From a virus, in the IMG/VR virus record IMGVR_UViG_3300045988_176738, positions 32,001-96,000 of that record: a DNA stretch of 64,000 nucleotides. The stretch is one strand, 5' to 3'. Shown piece by piece: positions 30,391 through 40,560 of this stretch. The position numbers and the translations under genes were made by a program. The notes beneath the pieces are model-generated. The model was not told where the DNA came from. It was given only the letters and a program-made list of their open reading frames with translations, and ran no database searches. How positions within the stretch are numbered: position 1 is the first letter of the stretch; each line of letters starts with the position of its first letter.

Positions 30391-30405
30391 TTACATAAAA
30401 GTCAA
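30377..30405 (-). promoter_or_regulatory. sigma70-type promoter TTGACT-17-TAGAAT (– strand)
   Basis: The reverse complement reads cttgacttttatgtaattgtgtgttagaat, upstream of the SleB-like gene. Confidence 0.5.
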
Positions 30406-30420
30406 GTATTTTTTTAAAAT

Positions 30421-30897
30421 TTACCAATATTTTTTATCATTAATTACTTTTATTTGGGATGTTATTAATTTTTGAGTATTTTTAACAGCCTTATCGAGAA
30501 CATTAGAAGGTATATCTATATCATAAACATAACCACTACGAGCCATTCCAGCCATACAACAATCAACAACCATTTCTATTACATCTATAAGATTAACATC
30601 ATTTGGAACTCTATCATTTAAATGATGTCTTTCTGTTAAATGTTTTTGCCACCAATCAAGATTTTTAAATTCGTCATCTTCTTTTCTAGTAATAAAATCA
30701 TTGTAAAATTCATCTAAATATTCTATTTTTGTATGGTCATGATTTTCGCCAGCTTTTAAAATCAAATTGGCAATAAATGAACAACCATTTTGAACATCTT
30801 GAATATGAGATTGTGTATCTTCTAAAAGCATATCTTTTGTTACCTCAGCATCTGCTGTTCTAGTATCAGCATTATTACTTTTTTTAATTTCTATCAT
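30421..30897 (-). CDS. hypothetical protein
   Basis: 158 aa, His-rich (HDHTK..H..HH). It could be a metal-dependent hydrolase, but the family was not recognised. Confidence 0.35.
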   Translation of the reverse strand: MIEIKKSNNADTRTADAEVTKDMLLEDTQSHIQDVQNGCSFIANLILKAGENHDHTKIEYLDEFYNDFITRKEDDEFKNLDWWQKHLTERHHLNDRVPNDVNLIDVIEMVVDCCMAGMARSGYVYDIDIPSNVLDKAVKNTQKLITSQIKVINDKKYW

Positions 30898-31735
30898 TTT
30901 CTTCTCCTTCTACATTTAGAGATTTTAATTCCAATAAAAATTGTGCTTTCTTCTCTCCAAAAAAATTATTTAATTGTGTTGCAGACATATAATATGGTGT
31001 TGCATGATAATTTATAATAAATAATAATTCAAATAATTGACCATATGTCATATCTTCATAATCTAAAGATGTTAAAACTTCATATGCTCCTACATTCGGA
31101 TGAATATAAATTGTCTTTCCATTTTTATTAATATCTGTTGTAAAAAATTTTCCATAATCAAGTAAAAAGGTTGCTTTATATTTTATTTTATCATCTTTAA
31201 AGTCTTGTGCTAATACAGAAAGATATTCTAAATCCTCAAATTTCTCTATTAATTCTTCAAATTTTTTTAAATCTTCATTTTCTCTATCAATAAATATTGC
31301 ATCAAATCCTTCTTCATAAAATGGAATTTGAAATGTTTCTCTTTGATGCTTTATTACTTCTTCTGGGATACTTCTTTTTCTGTGTTTATTATTTGCAAGA
31401 CATTTTTCAAATGGTGTTGCTATTATATAAGCAAATTTAATACAATCAATATGCTTAAAACATTCAAGTGCCGCTTTACGATTACATGCTTTTAAATTTG
31501 TAGAATCTAAAATTACATTTTTATTGTTTTTTAATAATTGCTTTGCTTTTTTGTACATTTCATTAAATACAAAACCGTTTTTACTTTGGTCATTAACATC
31601 TTTACAAAATTCTTTTCTAATTTCATCAGAAGATATTATTTCTGCATCTATATTATTTGCAATTTGTTGAGCTATGGCACTTTTACCAGCACCCGCTAAC
31701 CCAACCATCATAATTAATTTTGGTCTATTATCCAT
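30884..31735 (-). CDS. T4 Pnk-like polynucleotide 5'-kinase domain (P-loop) with an unknown C-terminal domain
   Basis: GLAGAGKS is the Walker A motif. ISSDEIR and VILDSTNLKACNRKAALE parallel T4 Pnk INRDDYR and VIISDTNLNPERRLAWE. Confidence 0.6.
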   Translation of the reverse strand: MDNRPKLIMMVGLAGAGKSAIAQQIANNIDAEIISSDEIRKEFCKDVNDQSKNGFVFNEMYKKAKQLLKNNKNVILDSTNLKACNRKAALECFKHIDCIKFAYIIATPFEKCLANNKHRKRSIPEEVIKHQRETFQIPFYEEGFDAIFIDRENEDLKKFEELIEKFEDLEYLSVLAQDFKDDKIKYKATFLLDYGKFFTTDINKNGKTIYIHPNVGAYEVLTSLDYEDMTYGQLFELLFIINYHATPYYMSATQLNNFFGEKKAQFLLELKSLNVEGEENDRN

Positions 31736-31744
31736 AAAATCCTC

Positions 31745-32440
31745 CTAATTTAAAAATATATTAAACAAATCAGTTATTGCTTTACTCAAAATATCTTTTG
31801 ACTTTTCTTCTTCCGCATTATCTACTTTTTTTAATATATCAATCATTCTTTGTAAATCATCTTTAGATTTTTCTGTGTTTGATTTTGTTTCATCATTCAT
31901 ATCTTTATCTTTTTTATTTTCTGATAAAGTATCTAGTTTTATTGTTTCTGATTTTTCTTTCTCTGCACAATCATACTTTTCACATGAAGAACATTTTTTT
32001 TCATTATCACTTTCTTCTTCTTTTAAATCCTCACGAAATATATGCCCTTCATAATAATTTGGACAAACGAACATATTATATCCACTCTTATCTTTTATGA
32101 TGAATACCATTGTATTTCCACTACACATAAAATCATAATTTTTATTTTCTTTTTTAATTCTATTAAGTAGTTCTTTTATCCATATATTTATTTGTTTATT
32201 ATCTATTTCCACGCCCTTTTTACCATCAAAATGATAAAAATGTGTTGGATATTCTATATTGTTAAAGTCAAGTTTTAAATCTTCTTCATCATACAAATCA
32301 ATATTTTTGTTGCAAACTGGACATTTCAAATAAGGAATTCCAAATTCTCCATATTTTATATCCTCTTTTTCATATTGTATTTTTGTATCGCAATCCTCAC
32401 ATCTAACTATTCTTCCATTTTCTTCATTTAAAATTTTCAT
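31745..32440 (-). CDS. hypothetical Zn-ribbon protein with an acidic, coiled C-terminus
   Basis: CEDC..C..C motifs. Confidence 0.35.
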   Translation of the reverse strand: MKILNEENGRIVRCEDCDTKIQYEKEDIKYGEFGIPYLKCPVCNKNIDLYDEEDLKLDFNNIEYPTHFYHFDGKKGVEIDNKQINIWIKELLNRIKKENKNYDFMCSGNTMVFIIKDKSGYNMFVCPNYYEGHIFREDLKEEESDNEKKCSSCEKYDCAEKEKSETIKLDTLSENKKDKDMNDETKSNTEKSKDDLQRMIDILKKVDNAEEEKSKDILSKAITDLFNIFLN

Positions 32441-32484
32441 AAAATCCTCCTTAAAAATTATATTTTATATTTGATAATAGGTTG

Positions 32485-33069
32485 TTAATTTTTAGTTTCT
32501 TCTAAAAATGAACTAGCCCATAAATCAGCAATTTGTAACAAAGTAACTAGCGGTGTTTGTTCTTTTGCACCATTCATTGAAAAATCTCCACCTTTAACGG
32601 CGTTATCAAAACCATTCATATGCCATCTAATTGCAAGTGCTTCATCTCTATTAAGTTTCATAAAGGCTTGTATCATATAAACACTTCCTTCACCATGTCC
32701 CATACAAAGTTTATCATTTATTGTATAAATTTCTTTTTTCTCCCATTGTCCTGTTTCTTCGTTTTTCACATTTCTAAAACCTTTAACATAAAAATTTGTT
32801 TTACATAAATCATGAAGAAGTGCAGAAATTGCGATTGTTTCATCTGAAATTTCATAATCTGGAAATTGTTTTTTATATTCATTAACAAGCATTTTTAAAC
32901 AATTATAAACATTAACAGAATGTTCTACTAAACCTCCTTCATAATTACCATGAAATTTTGTCGAACTAGGTGCAATGAAAAAATCTGTTTTTTCTAACCA
33001 TTCAAGCAAATTTTGACTACCTTCTCTCTTGATTTTATTTTTATAAATTTCAATAAATTTTTCTTTCAT
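32485..33069 (-). CDS. HD-domain phosphohydrolase
   Basis: HSVNV...LLHDLCK is the HD motif. Confidence 0.7.
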   Translation of the reverse strand: MKEKFIEIYKNKIKREGSQNLLEWLEKTDFFIAPSSTKFHGNYEGGLVEHSVNVYNCLKMLVNEYKKQFPDYEISDETIAISALLHDLCKTNFYVKGFRNVKNEETGQWEKKEIYTINDKLCMGHGEGSVYMIQAFMKLNRDEALAIRWHMNGFDNAVKGGDFSMNGAKEQTPLVTLLQIADLWASSFLEETKN

Positions 33070-33184
33070 GTTTTACCTCCTTTTGAAAAATTTTAAGGTA
33101 TATAATTATATTCCTTGTTTTAAAAAACGCCTTAAAATTGATTTTCGTGCGTTGTTTTTTTGCCTTTTGTAATTTACTTTATAC

Positions 33185-33213
33185 ATTATACACTATAAAT
33201 TGAAAATTGTCAA
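33185..33213 (-). promoter_or_regulatory. consensus sigma70 promoter copy (– strand)
   Basis: The reverse complement reads cttgacaattttcaatttatagtgtataat, giving TTGACA-17-TATAAT. Confidence 0.7.
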
Positions 33214-33220
33214 GAGTTTT

Positions 33221-36200
33221 TTATAAAATTTTATATTTTTTTAATGTGAAATAATTATTTTTTGAATAATATTCTTCACATCTTATAAGTGAACCTTTTT
33301 TTATCTTACCACAAGAATTATATGTTTCATTAAAAATTGTAAATCTTGCTTGAACTCCACTTCCCAAACTTTGTGTTATAATAGAATATCCAAATTGGAC
33401 ATTATCTTTTTTTCTATTAAGAGGAAAAATATCTTTAACTAAAAGTGATTTTCTATCTTCCTCTTTGCCTGTATTTGAAATATATCCTAAATATTCTTGT
33501 TGTATTTGTATTTTTTCTTGCAATGTCATATCTGGAATTTTTAATGCTTTTACAAAGTCATTTATCTCATCTAATATTTTTGGCATATTTAATATTGTAT
33601 ATGATTTTAAAATATTTCCATTTTTACCTCTATCATTAGAATAATTTGCAACAATTCTTTCAACTTGAGGATTTTCTAATTTTCCCTTAGTTAAAGTTTT
33701 TGCTGTTCCATTTTTAAGTTTATTAAATATTGTTACCATTTCTAAAAGTTCATTTACATTTCCGAAATCTGAAAAGAAATCAAGTTTAATTAATATATCT
33801 AATTGTCTTGAATTTATTCCTATGCTATTTGTAGCAAATAACAATTGCATAAAATTATCATAATGATTTTGTGCAATGTTATAAAGTTCCTCGGCACAAC
33901 TATCATTTAAATATTTTATACTTCCAATTCCTTTGTAAATAGAATTTGTTGATTTATCTAAAGAATATTGCGACCTAGATTTACCATATTTTATAGGTTT
34001 TAATTTGATTTTAAAATATTTAAGTTCTTCAATTAATTTAGATGTTCTATCTTGGTCATCTTTATATGAATTTAAAACTACGGTATAATATTCCAATGGA
34101 TAATGTGATTTTAAGTAAGCACCATATAGACTGTCATAAGCATATGATAATGAATGTGAATTCGAGGTAATTAGTCCACTTTCACTTATAAAATTATGTG
34201 CTGGTGCTTCCATTTCAATATCATAAACTTTATCAGTTTTTATATATTTTATTAAAACTATTTTCGATGTTGTTACTGAAATCTCTTTTTCATCAGAATG
34301 TTTTTCATAAATATCTTTAACATATAATTCATCACCTATTTTTAAATTGTCTAATCTCATTTTTCCATTAGGCGTAGGAAACTTATGATTCATTGTGCAA
34401 TCTATATAAGCACCACATTCAGTTTTAACTCTATATATATCAGCAATTCCACTATCATAAATATTTACAATTTTATTTTTTCTTACTTTTTTATCATCGT
34501 ACATAGAAAGTGCATTTCCATATCCTTGGCTTTTATATTTTCTATACAATGGAAGATGATTAGTTTCTTTTGCATATACTATATTATTTGCAATATTATA
34601 CATTTCTTCTACTGTAATATTTTTGCCATTAGCACCAGCCTTTTGAATAACTGTATCTCCTGCAATGCAAGCATTAAAAGAATAGTGAGCAGCATCTTCT
34701 ACTACTTGCCAAGTTTCTTCAAAACCTTTGCTAAATCCAGTTTTTTCAATCCAATTTTCAAGAAGTTTCTCTTTTAATTTGTTAAGTTCATCTTCTTTAA
34801 ATTTTTTCTTTGCAATCTTTTTTATGATTGTGTATGTTTCAGATTCTTCTATTCCTAACCAAATAAGATATTTCATAATTGATTCCTGATAAATCATTCT
34901 ATGTCCACTATCATCAAGTAAATCATCTAATTCCTTAATATTTGTAGTATAATCTTTCCTATCTATAAAATCATCTAATAAGCTAGCACAGCCAGGTCTA
35001 ATAATTGCAACAAATGCAGACATATCAGATATACTTTTAGGTTTATATTGTCTTACGAGATTTGTAGCATAATTACTATCCGCTTGATTTATAGTAGTTG
35101 TAAGTCCTTTTTCATAAATTTCATAAGTTTTTTCATCTAAAAGTTGTTCTAATTTTCTTATTGTTGGAACTTCTATTCCTGCAAGTTCACAGGTTTTATT
35201 TATAATGTCCCAAACAGTAACTGCTAATAAATCGTTTTTCAAATATTTATAATTATCTGATTCATAACTACTAATATTAGCACATATAACATCACCCGCT
35301 TTAATCAAACCGACTTCTCTGCTTATAGGTTTATCCATTAAAAGTGTACTACAAGGATGCTGTGAAATACTTTCTACTACACCAACAAAATGTTGACTTT
35401 CATCTATTAAAGTTTTCCATTTATCATCTTTATAATATTTGCTTTCAGTATATGATTTTTTTGCTTGTGCAAGTTCTGCTAAATTAATTGCAACATCATT
35501 ATATTCATTAATATTCATATCTTGAGATTTACAATACAATCTAAAGGCAGAAGATGTTTGTAAAGGTTTGTAAGCCAACATCCAATAACAACCATCATCA
35601 CCCAATAATTTTTTAGATGCTTCATAAAAGGGTTTTTGATTAGAACAATTAAAATCTATATCAGGCAGGCTTTTAGTGCCTAATATTCTAGCAGCACTCA
35701 TAAATCTACTTGGAAATAATGTTATACAACTTCCAATTCTGTCAATATCAGTAAAATGAAGTAATTTATTTATATAAAAACTTGGAGCTGAACCTCTTCC
35801 TGTTTTTGTTATTACACCACCATATTTTGTAGTGGCTAATTTTATTAATTCATAATTTAGTAAAAAATAATCTGCCATATTGGTATTTTTAATTGTATAA
35901 AATTCTGATTTTATTGAATTTTCATACTCTGAAACCCTTGATTTATCAATGTTTATTTTTTCGGATTCCCACTCTTTTTTTATAATTTCTTCTAATTTTT
36001 CAATTGGATTATCATAAATTTTTGGCATCTTGATTTCCTTGTTAATATCTAATTCTTCACACTTGTCAAAAATTAAAGTATTATTTAAAGCTTCTTTTAT
36101 TTGTTCATCATTTAAAATTCCTTGTTTATGGTATCTATCAAAAATTACTTCACTCGTAGGATAATCTAAAATAAAATCATTTTCTTCTTCATAGATTAAT

Positions 36201-36859
36201 CCTTTAGCTTTCAAAAATAAATCTCTATATTTACTATCTTCTGGTGAAATATAATGACTGTCATTTGCATGAATAATTTTTATATTATATTTTTTACTAT
36301 ATTCTAAAATCATTTTATTATATTTTGCTTGACTATCACAATTATGAGCTTGAACTTCTAAATAAAAATTATTACCAAAATAATTTTTCATTTTTTGAAT
36401 CCATTCATCTCTGCCATCTTCATTTCTCATTCTTCCAGCAATACAAGCAGATGTTACAATTATATTTTTAGGATTAATTGAAAACAAAAGTTCATCATCT
36501 ATTCTTGGTTTATAATAAAATCCATCAACATTACTTTTTGACATAAGATAATTTAAATCTTTATAACCATCTGTATTAAGAGCAATTAAAATCAAATGAT
36601 AATTAGATTTGTCCTTTTCGAGTCTATTCTTAACATAATATGCCTCTAAGCCAGCAATTAATTTCAAATTATATTTTTCAGTTAAAGTTTTTGCTTCATA
36701 AACATTTCCTATATAACCATGTTCTGTTGTAAAATAAGTTGTGTGACCTAATTCTAATGCTCTTTTCATATAATCTTCGGGTGAAGTTACAACATCTAAT
36801 GTACAAATATTACTATAATAAGTATGTTTATGATAATTATTATATCTTACATTTTCCAT
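33221..36859 (-). CDS. dnaE: DNA polymerase III alpha subunit (DnaE-type, PHP domain) containing a mini-intein
   Basis: The N-terminal PHP domain is YHKHTYYSNICTLDVVTSPEDYMKRALELGHTTYFTTEHGYIGN. The conserved FN(K)SHSAAYA..AYLKAHYP extein block is split as ..HYSFNA|intein|SHSLSYAYDSLYGAYLKSHYP. Confidence 0.85.
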   Translation of the reverse strand: MENVRYNNYHKHTYYSNICTLDVVTSPEDYMKRALELGHTTYFTTEHGYIGNVYEAKTLTEKYNLKLIAGLEAYYVKNRLEKDKSNYHLILIALNTDGYKDLNYLMSKSNVDGFYYKPRIDDELLFSINPKNIIVTSACIAGRMRNEDGRDEWIQKMKNYFGNNFYLEVQAHNCDSQAKYNKMILEYSKKYNIKIIHANDSHYISPEDSKYRDLFLKAKGLIYEEENDFILDYPTSEVIFDRYHKQGILNDEQIKEALNNTLIFDKCEELDINKEIKMPKIYDNPIEKLEEIIKKEWESEKINIDKSRVSEYENSIKSEFYTIKNTNMADYFLLNYELIKLATTKYGGVITKTGRGSAPSFYINKLLHFTDIDRIGSCITLFPSRFMSAARILGTKSLPDIDFNCSNQKPFYEASKKLLGDDGCYWMLAYKPLQTSSAFRLYCKSQDMNINEYNDVAINLAELAQAKKSYTESKYYKDDKWKTLIDESQHFVGVVESISQHPCSTLLMDKPISREVGLIKAGDVICANISSYESDNYKYLKNDLLAVTVWDIINKTCELAGIEVPTIRKLEQLLDEKTYEIYEKGLTTTINQADSNYATNLVRQYKPKSISDMSAFVAIIRPGCASLLDDFIDRKDYTTNIKELDDLLDDSGHRMIYQESIMKYLIWLGIEESETYTIIKKIAKKKFKEDELNKLKEKLLENWIEKTGFSKGFEETWQVVEDAAHYSFNACIAGDTVIQKAGANGKNITVEEMYNIANNIVYAKETNHLPLYRKYKSQGYGNALSMYDDKKVRKNKIVNIYDSGIADIYRVKTECGAYIDCTMNHKFPTPNGKMRLDNLKIGDELYVKDIYEKHSDEKEISVTTSKIVLIKYIKTDKVYDIEMEAPAHNFISESGLITSNSHSLSYAYDSLYGAYLKSHYPLEYYTVVLNSYKDDQDRTSKLIEELKYFKIKLKPIKYGKSRSQYSLDKSTNSIYKGIGSIKYLNDSCAEELYNIAQNHYDNFMQLLFATNSIGINSRQLDILIKLDFFSDFGNVNELLEMVTIFNKLKNGTAKTLTKGKLENPQVERIVANYSNDRGKNGNILKSYTILNMPKILDEINDFVKALKIPDMTLQEKIQIQQEYLGYISNTGKEEDRKSLLVKDIFPLNRKKDNVQFGYSIITQSLGSGVQARFTIFNETYNSCGKIKKGSLIRCEEYYSKNNYFTLKKYKIL
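34160..34669 (-). mobile_element. mini-intein (170 aa, Hint domain only) in DnaE
   Basis: It starts CIAGDTVI (block A). The C-terminal blocks F/G read VYDIEMEAPAHNFISESGLITSN, followed by a +1 Ser. There is no endonuclease domain, and the penultimate residue is Ser rather than His. Confidence 0.7.
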
Positions 36860-36863
36860 AACA

Positions 36864-37397
36864 TCAAACTCCTATATTATATTTTTCAAATAAATGTTTT
36901 TGAGGTGCGTATTCACCAAAAATTTCTTTTTCTTTTTTTAATCTTACCTTTATAGCATCGTCTAAGTCTTTGTAAACACCTAAATAATAAGATTTTTTTT
37001 CTTTTTGTATGTTCACTTGCCATTTACAAATTTCTTTTTTCCAAGACACACCTATTACACCGCTTACATTGTCTTTTCTAACATTTATATTTATACAATT
37101 TTCACTTCTATTCGCCATTCTTAAATTATATTTTCTATTATTAACTCTGTTTCTATCTATATGGTCACATACTATATCTATTTGAGGTTTTTGTATTCCC
37201 ATTATTAAATTATGAAGAAAAATCTCTTTTCTACTTACTCCGCCTTTGCCACTAGTTTTGGTTACAGGATAACCACTACAATTAATCCACCAAGTATATT
37301 TACTAACTTTTTCATAATCATCTTTATCGAAATAAAATTTCTCATTTTTTTTAGTATAACCAATTACATAATCTTCTTTAAATTCAAATATATTCAT
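36864..37397 (-). CDS. free-standing HNH-AP2 homing endonuclease
   Basis: LHNLIMG..CDHIDRNRVNNRKYNLRMANRSEN is the HNH_3 motif. GVIGVSWKKEICKWQVNIQKEKKSYYLGVYKDLDDAIKVR is the AP2 domain. Confidence 0.8.
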   Translation of the reverse strand: MNIFEFKEDYVIGYTKKNEKFYFDKDDYEKVSKYTWWINCSGYPVTKTSGKGGVSRKEIFLHNLIMGIQKPQIDIVCDHIDRNRVNNRKYNLRMANRSENCININVRKDNVSGVIGVSWKKEICKWQVNIQKEKKSYYLGVYKDLDDAIKVRLKKEKEIFGEYAPQKHLFEKYNIGV

Positions 37398-37408
37398 ATA
37401 TCATCTCC

Positions 37409-38536
37409 TTAATATGGCATTTTAATAGGATATTCTAACTTATCTTTATATACCTTTGTATCCCATTTATATTGATAATTAAATTCAGTTTCATTACTAA
37501 AAAATCTTCTTGTTTGATAATCATAATACATTCCAACAGATAACCCATTTTTACCTGTAAATCTATCTTTCAAAACATCTACAATTACATCATAGGGAAT
37601 AGGTTCTTTTACCCAACCACCTTTCATATTTTTGATTCCTTCTTTGTCTTGTTTGCTAACCCTATATAGACTAAAACATCTATGAGCCAAATCTGTCATT
37701 GACATAGAACCTTGAATATCCATTATATTCATTCTTCTAACCATATCCATTTTATGAGGGTGAATTACTAAAAATATAACAACATTAAACTTTTTAGCAA
37801 AACTAATCAACTTTTTAATAAATTCAGTTTGTTTATCCCAACGACTTTCTTCAGTGTTTCCCAAATCAACCGCAGTTAAATTATCGACAATTAAAAGTTT
37901 ATCTCCAAATTTTCTAACACTATCTTCCATAGATTGCAAAATAGAATCAATATCATTATCAGCTTCATCTTTATAAATATGAACTCTTCCTTTATAAAAA
38001 TTATCCATTTGTTTTTTTGCTTTTGGGTCAACTTTAAAATAAGTTGAATTATTTTTATTATAAGTTACTAAATTTCTTCTGCCAGCAAGAGGATAATTAA
38101 GCCAATTTTTTGCCATAAAATTAGGAAGTTCTTTTGAATAAAGCCAAATATTTAAATCTTGCTCAAGTGCATTACACATAATTTGAGATAAAAAGCTAGA
38201 TTTACCTGTGCCATTAACACCTGTAACAATATTAAAACTTCCAAATGGAATCTTCATTAATGCTTTATCTAATTCTTCAATTCCAAGAATCATACCATCA
38301 AGTTCATCTAAATCAACATCTTGTATTTCTGAATAATCAATAATACTATTTACTGGTGTTTCTGTAGCATTTAAAATCAAATGAGATACCATTTCTTTTC
38401 CACCCCAATAGAGAACTTCATTAATATCTTTTGTTTTGTGCCCATTAATTTCATGTGGAATTTCCACAAATTTTGTTCTCCAACTGCCAAGTCTATAAAT
38501 AATATCTTTTTGTAATTTTTGTCCGAGGTTCATCAT
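37409..38536 (-). CDS. DnaB-like replicative helicase (RecA-fold C-terminal domain)
   Basis: GVNGTGKSSFLSQIM is the Walker A motif. LLIVDNL is Walker B, and HPHKMD is an H-motif-like block. Confidence 0.75.
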   Translation of the reverse strand: MMNLGQKLQKDIIYRLGSWRTKFVEIPHEINGHKTKDINEVLYWGGKEMVSHLILNATETPVNSIIDYSEIQDVDLDELDGMILGIEELDKALMKIPFGSFNIVTGVNGTGKSSFLSQIMCNALEQDLNIWLYSKELPNFMAKNWLNYPLAGRRNLVTYNKNNSTYFKVDPKAKKQMDNFYKGRVHIYKDEADNDIDSILQSMEDSVRKFGDKLLIVDNLTAVDLGNTEESRWDKQTEFIKKLISFAKKFNVVIFLVIHPHKMDMVRRMNIMDIQGSMSMTDLAHRCFSLYRVSKQDKEGIKNMKGGWVKEPIPYDVIVDVLKDRFTGKNGLSVGMYYDYQTRRFFSNETEFNYQYKWDTKVYKDKLEYPIKMPY

Positions 38537-39302
38537 TATCAGAGCAAATAATTATTTCTTCAAATTGTTGTAACCAATCCCAATTTTCATTAATCCAATG
38601 AGTATTTCCTGCACCAAGCGGAACAGAAACAGCATTTGTAAATCCAGATTCAATAAGCGAAGCACAATCTATTTCTCCCTCCGTAATTATTAAAGGTGCT
38701 GAAACATTGATTCTATTCATATTAAAAAGTAAAGGTGTTGTATCTGCATTTTTTTGACACCAACATTTGTTTTCTTTTGGTCTAATTTTTCTTGCTGGGC
38801 GATATTTTACCATAGTCAAAACATCATTTAAATCAAAATAATTAAATACAATATTTCCATTATTATCTTGTCTAATGTCTAAATGATTTAATGTTTCTTT
38901 TGATATTTTTCTTTTAGATAAATAATTTTCTACTTGTTCTCTATGTTCACATTGTTCTTCATGAGGATATCTATATTCTCGTTTTGTTTTTGTTAAATGT
39001 TCACCAAATGTATATTTTATATCGGCAAGTTCAAATAATTTTTGTACGGATTGAATATATGTCAACCCTGTATTCATATAAGCATCTATTATATCAACAT
39101 TTTTTGAACATCCAAAACAATGATAAGAATAGGATTTAGGATTATATACAAAGCTTGGAGTTTTTTCATCATGAAAACAACAAAGAGCTTTTAAATTTTT
39201 CTCATCAAAATGCTCTAAATTTAACAATTCCGCTATTTTATAAGCATTTTTTTCTCCAAGCTTTTCTTTTGCTTCTTTAATTAATTCTTTTTCTATAAGC
39301 AT
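38493..39302 (-). CDS. DNA primase (CHC2 zinc finger + TOPRIM)
   Basis: CCFHDEKTPSF..YHCFGCSKN is the Zn finger. IITEGEIDCASL and ICSDNDEP are the TOPRIM motifs. It overlaps the helicase gene by 44 nt. Confidence 0.8.
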   Translation of the reverse strand: MLIEKELIKEAKEKLGEKNAYKIAELLNLEHFDEKNLKALCCFHDEKTPSFVYNPKSYSYHCFGCSKNVDIIDAYMNTGLTYIQSVQKLFELADIKYTFGEHLTKTKREYRYPHEEQCEHREQVENYLSKRKISKETLNHLDIRQDNNGNIVFNYFDLNDVLTMVKYRPARKIRPKENKCWCQKNADTTPLLFNMNRINVSAPLIITEGEIDCASLIESGFTNAVSVPLGAGNTHWINENWDWLQQFEEIIICSDNDEPRTKITKRYYL

Positions 39303-39324
39303 TTTATTTCTCCTTTCTTTCTTT

Positions 39325-39353
39325 ATTATACACTATAAAGCGAAAATTGTCAA
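39325..39353 (-). promoter_or_regulatory. consensus sigma70 promoter copy (– strand)
   Basis: The reverse complement reads cttgacaattttcgctttatagtgtataat. Confidence 0.65.
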
Positions 39354-39354
39354 G

Positions 39355-40131
39355 CTATTTATCACAAATATTTCGATAATTACATAAATTATTACAATAA
39401 AAATCATCTATTTTCTTTTCAAAAAATTGCTCATTTTCTATAATTTCTACTGTATTAGAAATCCAATTTAATGATTCTAAAAAATCTTCATTGCTGAATT
39501 TTATCTTTTCTATTTTATTTGCTCTAAACATATTAAACCAAAGTTCTTTTGGATATTTCCCATATTTATATTTAACATAAAGTGCATAAACATAAAGCTG
39601 TCTTGTATATTTTTTTAATTCATCTTTGTTTTTCCAATTAGCTTTTGATTTATGATCTATTATATAAAAATCCCCATTTTTATCTTTTGCAATAGCATCA
39701 ATAAATCCATTAAAAATTATTTTTTTATTATTAATTTCAACTAATATGTCAAATTTTTCCTCTGCTGAAATAACCTCTAAATCATCAAAACCAGAAAAAC
39801 TTTCTAAATAAGAAATACATTGTTCTTTATATTTTTCTGTCATATCTTTTTTAAAGCCACTTCCAAAAGTAATAAATATACCTTCAGGAACAGCTTCCTC
39901 AAATTCATTTATAAATGTATCTACAAGTTCAAATTGTAGAAGTTCTCCTTTAAAATATCTCTCTAATATAGAATGAACTAAAGAGCCACAGTCGGCAAAC
40001 CCATTTCCTTCTCCTTCAATTTTCTCATTATAATATAAATCATAAGAATAAGGACATTGATATATAGTAGATAATTTAGAAAAACTATATCTATCAACAT
40101 TAGAAACATCACATAACACTTTTACACACAT
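39355..40131 (-). CDS. Cas4/RecB-family PD-(D/E)xK exonuclease with C-terminal Cys cluster
   Basis: CGSLVHSILE, GFIDAI..IIDHKS and the C-terminal CNNLCNYRNIC (Fe-S-type cysteines) are present. Confidence 0.65.
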   Translation of the reverse strand: MCVKVLCDVSNVDRYSFSKLSTIYQCPYSYDLYYNEKIEGEGNGFADCGSLVHSILERYFKGELLQFELVDTFINEFEEAVPEGIFITFGSGFKKDMTEKYKEQCISYLESFSGFDDLEVISAEEKFDILVEINNKKIIFNGFIDAIAKDKNGDFYIIDHKSKANWKNKDELKKYTRQLYVYALYVKYKYGKYPKELWFNMFRANKIEKIKFSNEDFLESLNWISNTVEIIENEQFFEKKIDDFYCNNLCNYRNICDK

Positions 40132-40171
40132 ATTTCCTCCTTAAAAAAAAAGAGGGGTTTATTGCCCCTCA

Positions 40172-40546
40172 TCAGAATGGATTTTCGTCAGATTCTTCAG
40201 AAGGTGTAGGTTTATTATAAGAATCTTTTATTTTATAATCCATAATAGCCATATTAAAATATGGATTTCCCCATTCACCATTTTCTAATTTTTTTGAAAC
40301 ATTTGTTTCTTTAAAACTATATATTTCAATAAGGTCACCTTTCTTTAATGGATTTTCTTCATTTTTTTGTTTGGCTTTTCCATTTAATGTTGCAAACCAA
40401 CTACTATACTCTCTAGTATCATCTTGTTTTTTTTCACTTGTTCCTAGAATTACTTTTTTTATAATTCCTCCATTTTTTGTCTTTACCTCTACTATCCCAT
40501 TAACAAATGCACTAAATAATGGTCTTTCATTTGTAATAAATATCAT
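40172..40546 (-). CDS. ssb: single-stranded DNA-binding protein
   Basis: OB-fold-like N-terminus, Gly/Asn linker, and an acidic tail ending SDENPF. Confidence 0.65.
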   Translation of the reverse strand: MIFITNERPLFSAFVNGIVEVKTKNGGIIKKVILGTSEKKQDDTREYSSWFATLNGKAKQKNEENPLKKGDLIEIYSFKETNVSKKLENGEWGNPYFNMAIMDYKIKDSYNKPTPSEESDENPF

Positions 40547-40560
40547 AATTTTCTTCCTTT

